DNA of 64,000 nucleotides, taken from Felis catus (taxonomy: Eukaryota). The stretch is taken from assembly GCF_018350175.1 (NCBI RefSeq), contig NC_058368.1:15936001-16000000 (forward strand), given 5' to 3'. The notes under the pieces are model-generated. The model worked only from the letters and a program-made list of their open reading frames with translations, did no database searches and had not been told where the DNA came from. This document shows, piece by piece, positions 12,049 through 25,299 of this stretch; the first letter of the stretch is position 1; the number at the start of each line of letters is the position of its first letter. The position numbers and the translations under genes were made by a program.

Positions 12049-12238
12049 ATTTATTTTTTTAATTTAATTTAATTTAATTTTATTATTTTTTAAAATCTAA
12101 TTTATTGTCAAATTGGTTTCCATACAACACCCAGTGCTCATCGCAACAGGTGCCCTCCTCAGTGCCCATCACCCACTTTCCCCTCTCCCCCACCCACCAT
12201 CAACCCTCAGTTTGTTCTCAGTATTTAGGAGTCTCTTA
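12049..12238 (-). mobile_element. 5'-truncated feline L1 (L1_Fc-like) 3' end
   Basis: tttattgtcaaattggtttccatacaacacccagtgctcatc...caaccctcagtttgttctcagtattt with an AT-rich tail. TSD tcctttaac (12038-12046 / 12239-12247). Confidence 0.9.
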
Positions 12239-12286
12239 TCCTTTAACCCCTTTAGTAGTAATTCTTTAAATGTTGTCAGCAGGTTA

Positions 12287-12372
12287 GGATTCCTGGCTGA
12301 CTTAGTTGGAAGAGCATGTGATTCATGATTGGGAATTGTGGGTTTGAGCCCCACAATGGATGTAGTGATTAC
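12287..12372 (+). pseudogene. Decayed tRNA-Lys-derived Can-SINE head / tRNA pseudogene
   Basis: cctggctgacttagttggaagagcatgtga (A box) and gggtttgagccccac (B box), then tgtagtgattact. No (CT)n body. Confidence 0.7.
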
Positions 12373-13724
12373 TCTGCTTACTGTGCTTAATCAGAGTGAG
12401 TTAGAAAAGTAGAGAATATTCTACTTCAATAGGACGTTGAACAGCAAGTTGAAAAGAGTCAAAATATCCTGATTCCCACTAGAAACACTGCTGATTGATG
12501 AAGACATGGCAAAGAATAATGAGTCCAAAGACAATCTCAAAGAATAATGAAAACCAGTTCCCTAAATTTACCTTCAGAATGAGGATATTTATAATCATGT
12601 AATACATTCCAAGCCTGAATGTACATGAAGTTGCTGTCAGAACCCACCTCAGGGTATTTCTACTGAGTAATTATAAATTTCTTTTCTAGCAAACGGTACA
12701 CATATTCAGTTGGAAGTAATTTTGCCACCCACAAACCAAACTGGTACATTCCCAGCACAAGAATTGCATTTTTTCATACATTCTTGTGGAGTACAGTATG
12801 GTGTTAACCCCTTAATTTCTTACATGTCTAGAGCTGTCAGGTAGGTTTTAAGTTAGGTAGTGCTGCCTAAGGAGCTGTGTGGAGAACGATTTCGAGGCTG
12901 GTCCTGCCTTCCAGAAAAAAGTGCAGGAATCAGGTGATCAGTGCCTGTCCTGTGGCAGGGGACGAGTGGCAGCCTGTCCCATCTGGCCTCTTGGTACCAA
13001 CAGAGGTGGCATACAGGTTCGCATATTTTAATATCGATGTGATTCTGTTGATAAACTGCAGCTAAACAATGGGATATAGGAGAATAATTTTGAAGAATGA
13101 ATAACCTCATTGTGTTGCTAATTAAAATCATAAACAAAATATTAATCATTTCCTTTGTCCCTTATTGAAGTGTTGCTTACTCACCCCTCTGGGCTGAGCA
13201 CAAAGGCAACCCTCATCATGATGTCTTCCTTGACACCTTCATTGAACTGTGATCTTTCCTGAAATGGGCCATTGTTACAATTTATTTGTACCCTTTGGTG
13301 ATACTTTTCACATTCTGTCTTGTGGTGTGCATATGCCCTTCTTCCTGGTTACTTTGTAACGGTATTAATTTCTGGCGTTTGCATACTTTTGATAGTTTTA
13401 AAAGTTTATTTAAAAATTTATTCATAACATCTTGCCAATTCTTAATAGGCCTTATGATTCAATATGATTCAATAAATCACCCTCACTTTATTGATATGAG
13501 GGATGTGAGGTGGTACAATCAGAAGACAGATTCTAGCTTTTACTTTATTACGTATGAGTTATGTGATCCATGAATAAGCCACTTACACTTGCGATATTGT
13601 AGCTTTTTTTTCTGGAAATATGTAAGGGGGATCAGTGGACCCTGTGAGGGTCCATTGCCATGTGACATAAATCAGATTTGATAATTTTAAAAATACCATT
13701 AAAATGGCATTAATTTATTACCAT

Positions 13725-13847
13725 TGAGATTGTAATCTCCTTGGGGTTAAGAACTGTGTCCCCCTTTTCATATTTCTATTTTCAAAACACTTAGCCTGGC
13801 ACCTAATGCACAATAGGTCTTCAATAAATATTGGTTAAGTGGATGAA
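13725..13847 (+). mobile_element. L2 3' end
   Basis: agattgtaatctccttgggg...cctggcac...taggtcttcaataaatattggttaagtggatgaa. Confidence 0.65.
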
Positions 13848-14175
13848 TAGAGATCTGCAGACTTCTGCAAAGGGCCAGATAGTAAATATTTTAGGCTTTA
13901 CGGACCATATGGTCTCTATTGCAACTACTCAATGCTGCCCTTGTTGTGCAGAAGTAGCTGCTGACAATACATAAATAATGAACACGGCATGTCCCGATAA
14001 AAATATTTGTGGACACCGAAATTTGAATTTCATGTAATTTTTCACATGTCATGAAACACTCTTCTTTTGATTTTTTTCAACCATTTGAAAGTGTAGATAT
14101 CATTCCTAGCTCATAGGATATACAAAAACATATTGTGCCTGATTTAGCTTGCAAGCTGTAGTTTGCCAACCCCTG
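13848..14175 (+). mobile_element. hAT-Charlie MITE (MER58B-like)
   Basis: aaagggccagatagtaaatattttaggcttt...gcaactactcaa...gaaatttgaatttcatgtaattttt...tagtttgccaacccctg matches the recalled MER58 consensus. Confidence 0.88.
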
Positions 14176-14218
14176 GAATAAAATGTGAATATCAGTTATA
14201 TTTAAAAACTGGACTGTA

Positions 14219-14428
14219 GGGCACCTGGGTGGCTCAGTCGGTTAAGCATCCGACTTCGGCTCAGGTCATGATTTCACAATTCATGGGGTTGAGCCCCACT
14301 CTGGCTCTGTGCTCACAGCTAAGAGCTTGGAGCCTGCTATGGATTCTGTGTCTCCTTCTCTCTGTTCCTTCCAGACCTGTGCTCTCTGTCTCTCAAAAAT
14401 AAGTAAACATTAAAAAAAATTTTTTTTT
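14219..14428 (+). mobile_element. Feline Can-SINE
   Basis: gggcacctgggtggctcagtcggttaagc head. TSD aactggactgta (14207-14218 / 14429-14440). Confidence 0.97.
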
Positions 14429-14899
14429 AACTGGACTGTATTTTTTTTGTTTACTGTGGTAATTATGTGAGCAGATTTTGTATATTGCTTGCATAGGCAA
14501 GATTATTTAATCATTCACCAGTCATATTGTGAGGATAAGAATTGTAGTTAGAGGTAAAATTGAATATGCTTTATGGGGTTAAGTATAATTTTATATTTCT
14601 TGTATTATGCAATGTAGATCTTCATCACATATTGTGGATTTTTAACTCATTTCTGAACTCTTTTAAGAGAATATTGGAAAAAATTGAAAAGCATTTATTG
14701 AGGAACAATTGATGAGGCGATAAGATGATGTCAACTGATTGGTGTTACAAAAAGTCACGCAATTGTGCAGAGTTGCCTGCTGCAAATTCACGCTATCTAA
14801 CGTCACTTGGGCTCTCAATGCTACTTGTCAATAAAGAATGCAACTTTCTTTATTCTTTGCTTGTTAAATTTTCATTGCATTCCTCATGGCAGCTGTTTT

Positions 14900-15810
14900 A
14901 GATTTTCCACACTTTTCAACTTCCAATCCTATGACATTTCCTTCTAAGAGATGACCCCTGTACCTCCTGAATATGTCATCCAACATGAGCTCCAGGAACT
15001 TTTCTGCCCTTGTCCTCAGATGGCTTTGCTGTCACTCTTTCCCCATAACCTCCTATTCCTCTGTATCTGCACCTCTTTTTTTTGCTTCTTCTATCACAGC
15101 AGAAAAATGTATCTGTTCTCTTTCCATGACTAAATTGTCACTTGTGCTCTCTGTACTGTTATTTTTTTAACCTCTTTCATAAAACTGTTCAGACAGTGGT
15201 CTCCTTTGTTTCTTATGTGAGCTTCTCTCTGCCCCTTTACTGGCTCTTTCTCTTCTACCTGTAGACACGCTTTGTTCTCCCAGTCCTTAAAAACAGGGCT
15301 CATTCAGCTTTTCAGCACTGCTGTAAACTGCCAGCCAGCATCTGCTCTGATTGGCCAGTCTCCTGTTCTCACTGGGAGGTGCCTGAGCATATCACCCCTT
15401 TATCTTTGCCTTTAAACAATCAATCAACAAAATCCATATCAAAGCTCATCACCTTTTGGACCTTCTGTTTATTTAAAACTACTACTGTCCAGTTTATTTT
15501 ATGGTCAACCATTTAATGTCTTGACAGTATGGTCTATACTTGCTACCTTATACTTGACTTTATTTTATTTTATTTATTGAAAAAAAAATTTTTAACATTT
15601 ATTTATTTTTGAGAGACAGAGAGACAGAGTGTGAGAGGGGGAGGGGCAGAGAGAGAGAGAGGGAGATGCAGAATCCGAAGCAGGATCCAGGCTCTGAACT
15701 GTCAGCACAGAGACTGACCGTGGGGCTCGAATCCACAAACCGTGAGATCATGACCTGGGCCAAAGTCAGTCATTTAACCAACTGAACCACCCAGGTGCCC
15801 CCGACTTGAC

Positions 15811-15859
<49 letters not shown>

Positions 15860-16640
15860 GTCCTTGCAGTCTGCTTTCCCTATTCTCCATTTTTTGAATC
15901 TGTTGCAAAGAACCATGAGTGAGCTCTTAGGGGATAAATACAATAATTTTTATTAATAATGATCTTCTTTCAATTCCTTAGCATTTATGCCTTAGAAGTC
16001 TTTACTTTTTGGCCTTTGGAAGAGTGTTCCCTTCTTGTCTGAGATTGTTCTTTCTCTGAAAATGTTAGTTACTCTTTTTCCTCACTGTTCAAAAATCGGC
16101 ATTCTTCAAAGTCACGTACGAATCTCTCTCCTTTCCCTTCCCATTTAACACCCTACCCATCCATACTCTATCCTGTCACCTTTAAGCTGATGGTTTTCAC
16201 ATCTTTCTAGTCCTCTCTTTCATAAGCTCCTGTTCTTCATTGTTGGGACATTTCCACCTGGATGTCATATGAGCATCTCAAATTCATCATGCTTAAGACT
16301 GAACTTAAGATCTTTTCAATAAATTATCTCTCACTCTCGTAATTTATTTCCTGATTTTCATAAGGGAGGTTCTCTTTCTTCAGTAATGAAATCTTGGAGC
16401 CATCCATGACACATTCCTTTTTATTGTCTCCCAAAGATAATCAATCCCCAAGTCCTAACAAATTTGCCTTTGCAATATTTCTGACATCTTTTCCTTTCAG
16501 TACTTTCCCACTGCTACTACCTTAGTTTAGCCCTTAGTCACCACGTCTTTAAGAATTGGTGGTGTTCTCTTTATTGGTCTCATTTCTTACAGTTACTCTT
16601 CTCCAGTGCATTTTGAAACTTTCCTAAATCTGTGGTTTAT
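14900..16640 (+). mobile_element. Highly decayed L2 fragments (interrupted by a SINE)
   Basis: Pyrimidine-rich, with the classic L2 motif atttccacctggatgtc...catctcaaattcatcatgc..aagactgaactt near 16250-16310. Confidence 0.6.
15561..15802 (-). mobile_element. Feline Can-SINE followed by (TTTA)n
   Basis: SINE body with TSD acttgactt (15552-15560 / 15804-15812). (TTTA)n at 15811-15858. Confidence 0.95.
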
Positions 16641-16689
16641 ATTACTTCCCTTTGGTTATATTACTTTAAGCCTAATTCTAATAGCAATT

Positions 16690-16880
16690 ATGGAAGGCTT
16701 ACTATGTGCTAGGGACAGTTCTAAGCAGTTTACATGGATAGACTTAATTAATCCTCACAAGAATCCTTTGAGGTGACTAGTATTATCATATAACTGTGGA
16801 GAACACTGAGCCTTACAGAGTCCAGCAACATATTTAAGGTAGGATAGCTTATGAGACACAAAGCCAGAAGTCAAACCTTG
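16690..16880 (-). mobile_element. MIR
   Basis: tactatgtgctaggga..gttctaagc..tttaca..ttaatcctcacaa..cctttgagg..tattat MIR pattern. Confidence 0.7.
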
Positions 16881-18569
16881 GATATGTGTGTGTGTGGGGG
16901 GGGGTGGTGTTGTGGACCTAGACTCTTTACTATGCTATAATGCCTTTGTAAATGAGTAAAGTTCTGACTCACTAATTTGGCTTTCATCTCTGTGATCTCC
17001 AAATTCTTTTAATTTTCAGAAATATCTAACACAAAACTAGTGTAACGGCTCATCTGTTCTATTCATAATTCTCATATATTTGCACTGGGCTTTTGGTTCA
17101 CATAGTTTTAATTGTACTGTTTTCTTCAGCCTCATCATGCTTCCCCTTCTCTCCCACCAAACTGAAAGTCTTGAGTATAAAATATCTACATCATCTTTCA
17201 ACACTTATTTAAGCACTATAGGGTCCACCTCACCCAGGAGTGACCCTTGTCTTCTGCCTACCAATACACTGGTTTTAAATACATTTGTAATTATAATGAA
17301 TTTTGTCATTTAAGTTTCATATATCATACATTGGGTGGTATTTTGAGCATTGATGTTTATATGTCATCTCTTCTATGAGGCTGTAATTTCTGCATGTATT
17401 AGAACCATATTAAATGGCTGTAAAATAATTTAAATGGGTCAGATATATTTTCTGATTTTAATTTTTAAAAATCCAAAAATTCAATTGAAGAAAGAGAAAG
17501 AAAACAGTAGCTTTCCCCCCAAATGCCAAATGATCTCAGATGATGTCACAGTTTCTGGTTTTTAGTTACTGTTGGATCTTGAATACTGTTACCACAGGAA
17601 TGGAGATTTTCCAATAGTTCTGAATGGATAAACAGGAACTACAATGCCAGAAATTTGGCCTCAAAGTCTGGTCTCGTGAAACTTCGGGTCCTAATACTTG
17701 AGCTTTTTCATACTTCTTGCTAAATCTTTTCAAATGTGTTCATCATTTTCTATTATCCAACTAGTTGGAACTCTGGAATATCAGTTCCAAAACCACAATC
17801 AGAATGGATGGAAACCAAATGTTATGAGACTACAAGACAATCTTCCTGACAAATAGAACTGTCAGGTTTGTGGGATTATGTGGTTGCAGCAATAAATACA
17901 GTAGGATGATAAAGAAGCCCTGTGCTAACATGATACAGGGCTATATTTTCTTCTTTTAACTACTTTAAATGCAAGTTGCTCTTGCCCTTGGAAGATGGTC
18001 TACTTGGAGGATATAGTTACAGCAAGATAAATTTTGACTCTTTTTTTTTTCCCTACAAAGGTTGAGGCTAGCCAAACTAAACCCTTTTTATTAGCCGCTC
18101 CTTGAAAACTCATATGGTTTTCTGATTTTATGTTGGCCATGAACTTCCTAAAAATAAACTCAGAATGATAACAAGAGCTACTAAGCTTGTGAAAGTCTAA
18201 ATTTTCTGATAACTTTTTAATGTTTTTAATACCCAGCCAAGCATTTGTACTGCATCTCCTAAATGCATTCTTGAATGAAGTTTCTGAGTCATTCTCCCTG
18301 CTTTTGAGGTAGAATCAGCAAAACAGGCAAATTTTACATTTTACAATTTGTAGGGCAACCCAGGCCCTGTGCAGATTTCAACAAATGCTTGTCAGTTGGG
18401 CAATTTTAAGAAGCATGCTGTCTGTGATACTGATCAGTGGAAGAACACATTGTCAGAGGGAAATGGGAGCAATCCCTTTTCTATATATGGGATTCAAGTG
18501 TTTCTGTTCTGGTGTTTAGATAATTCAGATGTTGTGTTCCATCCAAGTTGCTCTGACCTGGGTTCTAAT

Positions 18570-18572
18570 TTT

Positions 18573-18613
<41 letters not shown>

Positions 18614-18631
18614 TTTCTTCTTCTTTTTTTT
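18570..18631. repeat. (TTTC)n/(TTC)n microsatellite
   Basis: Seen directly. Confidence 0.93.
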
Positions 18632-20116
18632 AGTATACTTTTTCTCTATTTCAGCATTCTATCTAGGATTCTAGCCTATAAGGCATAATATGAAAGGAAA
18701 GGTACCAATAAAGGGCTCAGAGCATTTCAAATGATGGAAAAATGATATTTTGGTGGAGATCGATATTAGAGAAGGCTTTATAAAAGAGTCAAGGCCAGGA
18801 GGAAGAAAGATGTGGGCTGATAGTAGTATACTCTGAAGTTACAAGTCAGTGTTGGATATAACTAGGTATTTAGCAAACTGAATACATAATCAGTATAATA
18901 ACTTACAGGAAAATACTTAAAACCAAGTTTAAGCACACATAAATCTACATACCTCATAAAACTTCTTTAGGTGTTAGCCACTAGTTAATAGAATATATTT
19001 TCTGCCAGCTTAAAAATAGTACTCTTTTTTGGAGCATACACTAAAAAGGACTGAAGGAAAAAAAAATACCTTCCATGAATCCTTCAAACAAACTGTAAGT
19101 CAACATTGCATTGACTCAGAAAAACGTGCAAAGCAGCCATCTTGTGTGTATTTTTTGCCACATCTCTTATTAAGATTGATAACTTTTTCTAGACAGTTCA
19201 AAGGATCATAAAATTCAGTCTGTGTTTTAAATTATTTGATTGAACTCAGCCAAAATAAATGCCTTCCAAGTGATGTATGTGCAGAATTCCCTTTAAATAC
19301 TTAAGAGACTCAATAGCTTACTAGATAGAACACAGTGACCAACAAAAATAAAGGTTTTGTGTAAGTGTTTCCAAGGATTTACATCTTCAAATTTAAAAGG
19401 TTCTTTAGTTATAGTCACCTAGATGTCCAAACTTCTCTCAAGGGTCAGGGATGCGCGTCTGTTGGGTGACAGTGGCCACCAGGGCTCATCATACTGACCT
19501 CAAACACTACTAGGAGTAAGAGAGGACAAAGGTTGAGGACAAACCTTGTTCAAGAGAGCTGACTAAACTATCTATATTTATGATTAAACAAGAGGACAGT
19601 ACTGTAGTCCAAAACAGAAGACTAAGCAAAAGGGTGAGAATCTAGGTCAAAAAATGGAACAGTAGGCAGGGTCAAGGTAAGTAGACCAGTATAAGTCTGT
19701 GAATTGAGACGATATGCATCTGAGGATGTTTCTGTGGATACCTACCTACCTTGGGTTGGTCTGGTTTATAGACATGGAGTGAGACCAGAGAAATTACTAG
19801 TGATAAGACAAGCTGAGCAACTACCCTGTAATAGCCAGCTAGTCTCTAGTTAGACCACCGCCTCTCAGAATATCACCCTAATTTTTTAACTTAAAACTCT
19901 CCATTATCTGATTTTGATATTCCCCACCTCTGCCACTTCCTGTCTTTTAAGTTACTTTAACTAAACTATTTATACATTTCTCACCTTTTTGAGAACCTAA
20001 CCCTCTGCCTTGACTTTCTTGTCTGGTAACTTCTATTCATCCAGCTCAAGCAACACTTCCCAAACCAGTCCTAGGCTGGTTTGGATAATCATTGGTGCTC
20101 CCATAAAATTTTATGT

Positions 20117-20285
20117 CAGTGGTCTCACATTTTGGTGTCCATCAGAATTCCCTGCAAAGCATGGAATATAGACTTCTCAGGGCCCCACCAAGAATGAACA
20201 AATCATAATCTCTGGATGCAGGACCAAAAATTGCATATGTAGCAGTTGCCAGGTGCTTCTGATACACATAAATGATTTAGGTTAT
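20117..20285. mobile_element. hAT MITE (MER5A-like)
   Basis: cagtggtctcacatttt..catcagaattccctg..gggccccacc..aatctctgga..aattgcat..ccaggtgcttctgat. Confidence 0.6.
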
Positions 20286-20959
20286 ATCCCTATGGTTATT
20301 GTATTTATTGTAATTATCTCTGTGTGTAACTTCCTCTCTCTCAGCTGAGCACACTTTCAGTGAAGAGTCAATGTTTTGGTCATCTTTGGATCCTTAGAAT
20401 CTAATTCAAAGACTGGAACATGGTGCATACAAGTATATATTTATTGATTCAGCTAATGAATTCTTCAGTTAACAATAATCCATTTTTGAAAACTGTGTAA
20501 AAGCTTCCCATCTGGTTTAAGATTTGAGTTGCTACTCTGTGAGTAAGCACTGTCTTGTTTTTGGTCCTTCCAGCAAGGGTATATGAAAAGTGTAGTTTTT
20601 TCTGGTCACATTTCATCAGCTACTAGGGGGTAAATAATTAAAACATAGCATATATTGGCATTAGACTATTTCTGTGAAGGAAGCTGTACACATTTTTTAG
20701 TTTAGCCCAAAGGCGAGCATTAAAAGGCATACAAGAGTCAGTTGCTTAGTACACCACATTACTTTCATGTTTATCTGTCCTACTAAAAGTCCCCGAAAAT
20801 TACGAAAACTTTCTAAATCACTTTATTTCAACTTGTCTTCTGTCTATATCTACTTTCTTCCTCTACATATTATTTCATTTTCTCTTCTCCCCTATCCTCT
20901 AGCTCTTTCTTTTTTTCTTAACTCTCTCTTACAGTGACAATTTCAGCAATATATTTTTA

Positions 20960-21810
20960 AATTAATTTTATTGAGGTATAATTTGAATATAAAACGTATC
21001 TTCAATGAATTTTGACATATGTCTGTGGTCATGGAACCACTGCCACAATCAAGGTAGAGGACATTTCTGTAAGCCCTAAATTTCCCTCATGATCCTCTTT
21101 TACTTTCTTTGCTCTCACCCTCTCAGGCCCTGGCAAACACTGATCTACTTTCTATTGTCATAGATTTGATTTCATAGAAGTGGAATTATACACCATGTAC
21201 TCTTTTATGAGTGGTTATATAATGGAGCATCATGGCTTTAAGATTCATTCATGTTGCACATTTTAGTAGTTCATTCCTTTTTATTATGGATTAGTATTCC
21301 ATTGTATGGATATGCTGCAATTTGTTTATTCATTCGTCCACATTTGGGTTGCTTTTCAGTTTCTGGGTATTATGAATAAAGCTACTTTGAACATTTGTAC
21401 TGAAGTCTTTGTGTGGACATATGCTTTCATTTTTCTTAGGCGATTACCTGAGAGTTGGTTTGTTGGATATATGAACAGTGTAAATTTAATTTTGTAAGTA
21501 ACTGCCACACTGTTCCAAAGTGGTTGTGCCATTTTATAATCTCATTAGCATTGTATGAGAGTTCCAGTTTTTCCGTGTTCCCGTTGACACTTAGTATTGT
21601 TAATCTTTATAATTTTAGTCATCTAGTAAGTGTGTGATGATATCTTATGGTTATTTATCCTGCATTTCTCTGATGTTTAATGATATTGATTATTATTTCA
21701 TGTGCTTATTTGTCATTTGTATACATTTTAAGGGGTTTATTCTAATCTTTTGTCCATTTAAAATATATTTAATAATCTTATTGTGATTTGTAAGAGAGCT
21801 TTATATGTCA
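20960..21810 (-). mobile_element. Old L1 (L1MB-like) 3' fragment
   Basis: ttttattgaggtataattt...tgaattttgaca...attcatgttgca...atgaataaagctac..gaacatttgt L1 3'UTR/ORF2-end pattern. Confidence 0.85.
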
Positions 21811-22329
21811 GCATTACATAATTTGTTTCTAATTTAAAGCTGATGTTTTTCTGTTTAATGAAAGTGGACAAATCCCTGACTAATTCAACAATTCCTGTTT
21901 TTTTGCTTATAAGTAAGTCAGGTGCGGCAATTAGCTAATTGGAAAATCTGTGGTGAGGCCAGAAACTGCTGTAAGATGCTTCTTGATAATTGTCTTTTAC
22001 CTTTGCAAAAGACCTGAACCTGTCATAAATATTATTTGGTAATATAATAAAAAAATACATCAGTCAATGAATAATTTACATAAGCTGGCTCTCCCACATG
22101 GATTGAATGATTTGATAAACACTTTTGTATAGCAAATAGAAAGGGAATTTCATTATGAAAAACTAGATAACACATACATTTCTGCAGTTAAATTGGCAAT
22201 ATAATAATATTGACATGCGTGTAAAAATAAGTGCACATAAAGCCTGGGGGTAAGAGTTATCTCTCTGTCTTTTCAGAGTACAAACTTAAGTCACTGTGAT
22301 ACCTCAATCTCATCACCAATGTCTAGCTA

Positions 22330-22897
22330 CAGTGGATTCTTGATATTTGTGGTAGTTATGTTCTGTAAAGTTGCTGTAAACACTGAATTAACACAAACAT
22401 TGAATTAACTCCTAGGGGAGATAAGGAAACAAGCAAACAAATAAATTTATGTTTCTCAAACACTGTATAATCTTTAATCCTAAAAACAACTCACTCTGCT
22501 AGAATCTATTCCCTTTCTTTTACAAAAGAGAAAACAAGCTGTAGAAGTGTTAAGTGTCTTGCCTGAGGCTGAAGCTGTCTCACTAACAGGTGCCAGAGTT
22601 GGGATTCAAACTCTATCCAATGACCCCAGAGCCAGGGTTCCATATTACATTGCACTGCCCCCTACCATCTCCATCCTGTGCTCATCTCTTCATTTGAGTT
22701 AACAAGAAAGGAAAGCATAGCCTTGTTTGACCTCAGGTGGGAATGAGTGCTTTGGACAACTTAAACATTTTGCTGTTCTGAGCATGTTCGTGGATTATCA
22801 CAAAAGTGATGGGAATATTGATTTGGGGGTTACAAATAAATTTTAGAAAGTAGATGAATTCACAGTTATGAGATCTTTGAAAAATGAAGATCAAATG
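22330..22897 (+). mobile_element. TcMar-Tigger MITE (MER82-like)
   Basis: TA|cagtggattcttgatatttgtggtagttatgttctgtaaag...aatgaagatcaaatg|TA, with imperfect TIRs and a TA TSD. Confidence 0.85.
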
Positions 22898-23688
22898 TAT
22901 ATATGAGAACAGAAATGCACAGATTCACACACATACAATCATAATGCAGTTTTAGGAGGGTGGAAGTGGGGAAGAGCAGGGCACCAGTATGGTTCCAGAC
23001 AATGGTCCCTGAACTCTTTTCATTCTGCCTTAAATTGGACACCAGTGAGATTTTTTCATCATTTTTTGATCTCTGACTTATATCCTGACTATGTCTAAAT
23101 GACTAGTTGACTTTTTGTGGGTCAAAATGAAGCAAATCATTGGTTCTCAGAGCCACAAAATCTGGGTCATGTAAATATCTAATCATTACTTATCTTCAAC
23201 ATAGCCTTACATTTCAAATTAAGCAAATGTTGATAGATTTGGTCAGTCATGTTGATATAATTTGAATCACAAAGGATAGAAGAGTTTCACTAGCTTTCAT
23301 ATCTTTACTTTTTTTATTTCTTTATTTGAGGTCATTAAAGGTCTGTATAAGATGGTTCCAACTATTTCCATAGCTCAGTTTGAGAAATGAGGTAATGACA
23401 TCTGGCAGAAACATTAGAGCTATACTAACTTTATACAACTGCTAACATTCAGAATATTATTCCAGACCACTTGGACATAGGAAGCAATTGGAAGAACTCA
23501 ATGCATCACAAAATTGGAGCTGGTGAAAATTTTTCAAAGTGGAAAATCATTTAGGTATAAAATCTATTGTTTTAGATTTTCCCCCCATCCTTGTACCACT
23601 CATTTAATACTTTTAGAAAAGAGAATTATTTTGCAACAAGACTTTTTTCACTAAGTTTTTATTCTTTCTAGAATATGCTGGCTATAGT

Positions 23689-23726
23689 TGAATGAATGAA
23701 TGAATGAATGAATGAATGAATGAATG
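23689..23726. repeat. (TGAA)n microsatellite
   Basis: Seen directly. Confidence 0.93.
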
Positions 23727-23839
23727 ATTTTGTTGGCTTGTTATTTTAAAAGTAAAAACATTGCCATGTCAATGTGTAAATCATAGGGAATAGAAATGCC
23801 ATTTTAACCTGTAGGTTTACTATTTAATAACTTAATTTT

Positions 23840-24320
23840 ATTTAATAAACATTTATTTAATATTTAAGGAGCATTTTTAGACACTATAGGTATGAAAATT
23901 AATAATGTGTTGTCTCTGGCTTCCAGAGATTTACATTCCAGTGCGAGGACTATAGAAACCTCTCTGTACAATGTGACAAGTGCCCTATTGGTGTCAAAAA
24001 CCATGTATCTGTTATGAGCTATAGTATCAGCTAAAAACATAGGTAAAGTATCACAAAGGAGAACTTTAAAGCACTTATGAGGCATGGAATGGAAAGATGG
24101 TATATATGGGGGAGCATTTTAGAAAGGGAGCAACATTTAAAAAACACAAAAGCATAGGGGTGCTTGGGTGGCTCAGTTGGTTAAGCATCCAACTCTTGGT
24201 TTCGGCTTAGGTCATGATCTCACTGTTCCTGAGATTCACCCCTGCATCACTCTCTGCATTAATGGTGTGGAGCCTGCCTGGGCTTCTCTCTCTCCCCCTC
24301 TCTGCCTCTCTTCTGCTCTC

Positions 24321-24359
<39 letters not shown>

Positions 24360-24900
24360 AACTTTTTAAAAAGCACAAAAGCATAAAAGCTATTGTGTTT
24401 GGGATTATGCATTATAATGTAGGATATGGTACATGGGGAGGGGTTTGTGGAAGATAAAATTGGAAAAGATAAGTTGAGATAAGATTGAAAGTGGTTTTAA
24501 CAGCCAAATTAAGAAGCATAAATTTAAGGCAACACAAAGACCTCAAAGATCTTCAAATTATAGTGGACCCAATCGTATTTGTATTTTGGAGCTAATTCTA
24601 ATGATATTATAAGGGATAGATTTGAAATAAGGCTGCGAACAGGTAAACCAGTTTGGAGACTGTTATGTTTTTTGTAGTGGGAGAGGATTAGGACCTGAGT
24701 TATAGGGCTACTGGAGAGGAAATATACAGAAGGGAATGAATTGGAGAGAAATTGTATATGTGGAATTGTCTGGGAGCAATAATGGTAATGAAAGCCTGGA
24801 GAACCAGAGAATGTTTGAGGAGGTATTCTTGACAGAATGGAGAGAGAAAAAGCCATTTTACTGAGCAAGAGCAAGAAGATGCAGAACTACAGGTTTATTT
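23840..24900 (-). mobile_element. Decayed L2 (interrupted by a SINE)
   Basis: Purine-rich antisense L2 pattern beginning tttaataaacatttattta. Confidence 0.55.
24157..24373 (+). mobile_element. Can-SINE (older) with (TAAA)n tail
   Basis: ggggtgcttgggtggctcagttggttaagc head. TSD cacaaaagcata (24145-24156 / 24374-24385). Confidence 0.95.
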
Positions 24901-25299
24901 TTGTTGTTTGTTCACTTGTTCTGATTGAGAAAGAAGGAAAGTTTTCACTTTTTTTTAAAAAAAGACAAATTTTGTTGTTATTGTTTTAAGATTGGGACAA
25001 AAAGCCCTTAGAGAATGATTTGAGTATACAGAAGAAAGAGACAAGCATCCCTACTTGTTCTCTTGTTAGCTATAGATTTGTCTAAGCCATACAGAAGGAA
25101 TGTCACAGTATATGAGCAGCAGCCTAGAATCAGTAGTTCAACTGGTCTATTTGGCGCATATATTTCTATGCTATTTTATCGTGATACCTTGCTTTTGACT
25201 TTTGTTTCCTGTTTTCTCCTACCTGATTGTGGCCTACTGCACTTCCTCATCTATGACTTCTCTCTTTGAATTCTGATTACATTAATCTGATTATAGCAA

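Noticed and set aside
17636..17660. ACTACA-type ZNF143/SBS motif (aactacaatgccagaa)
   Set aside because: It mismatches the CCC core and has no promoter-like context.
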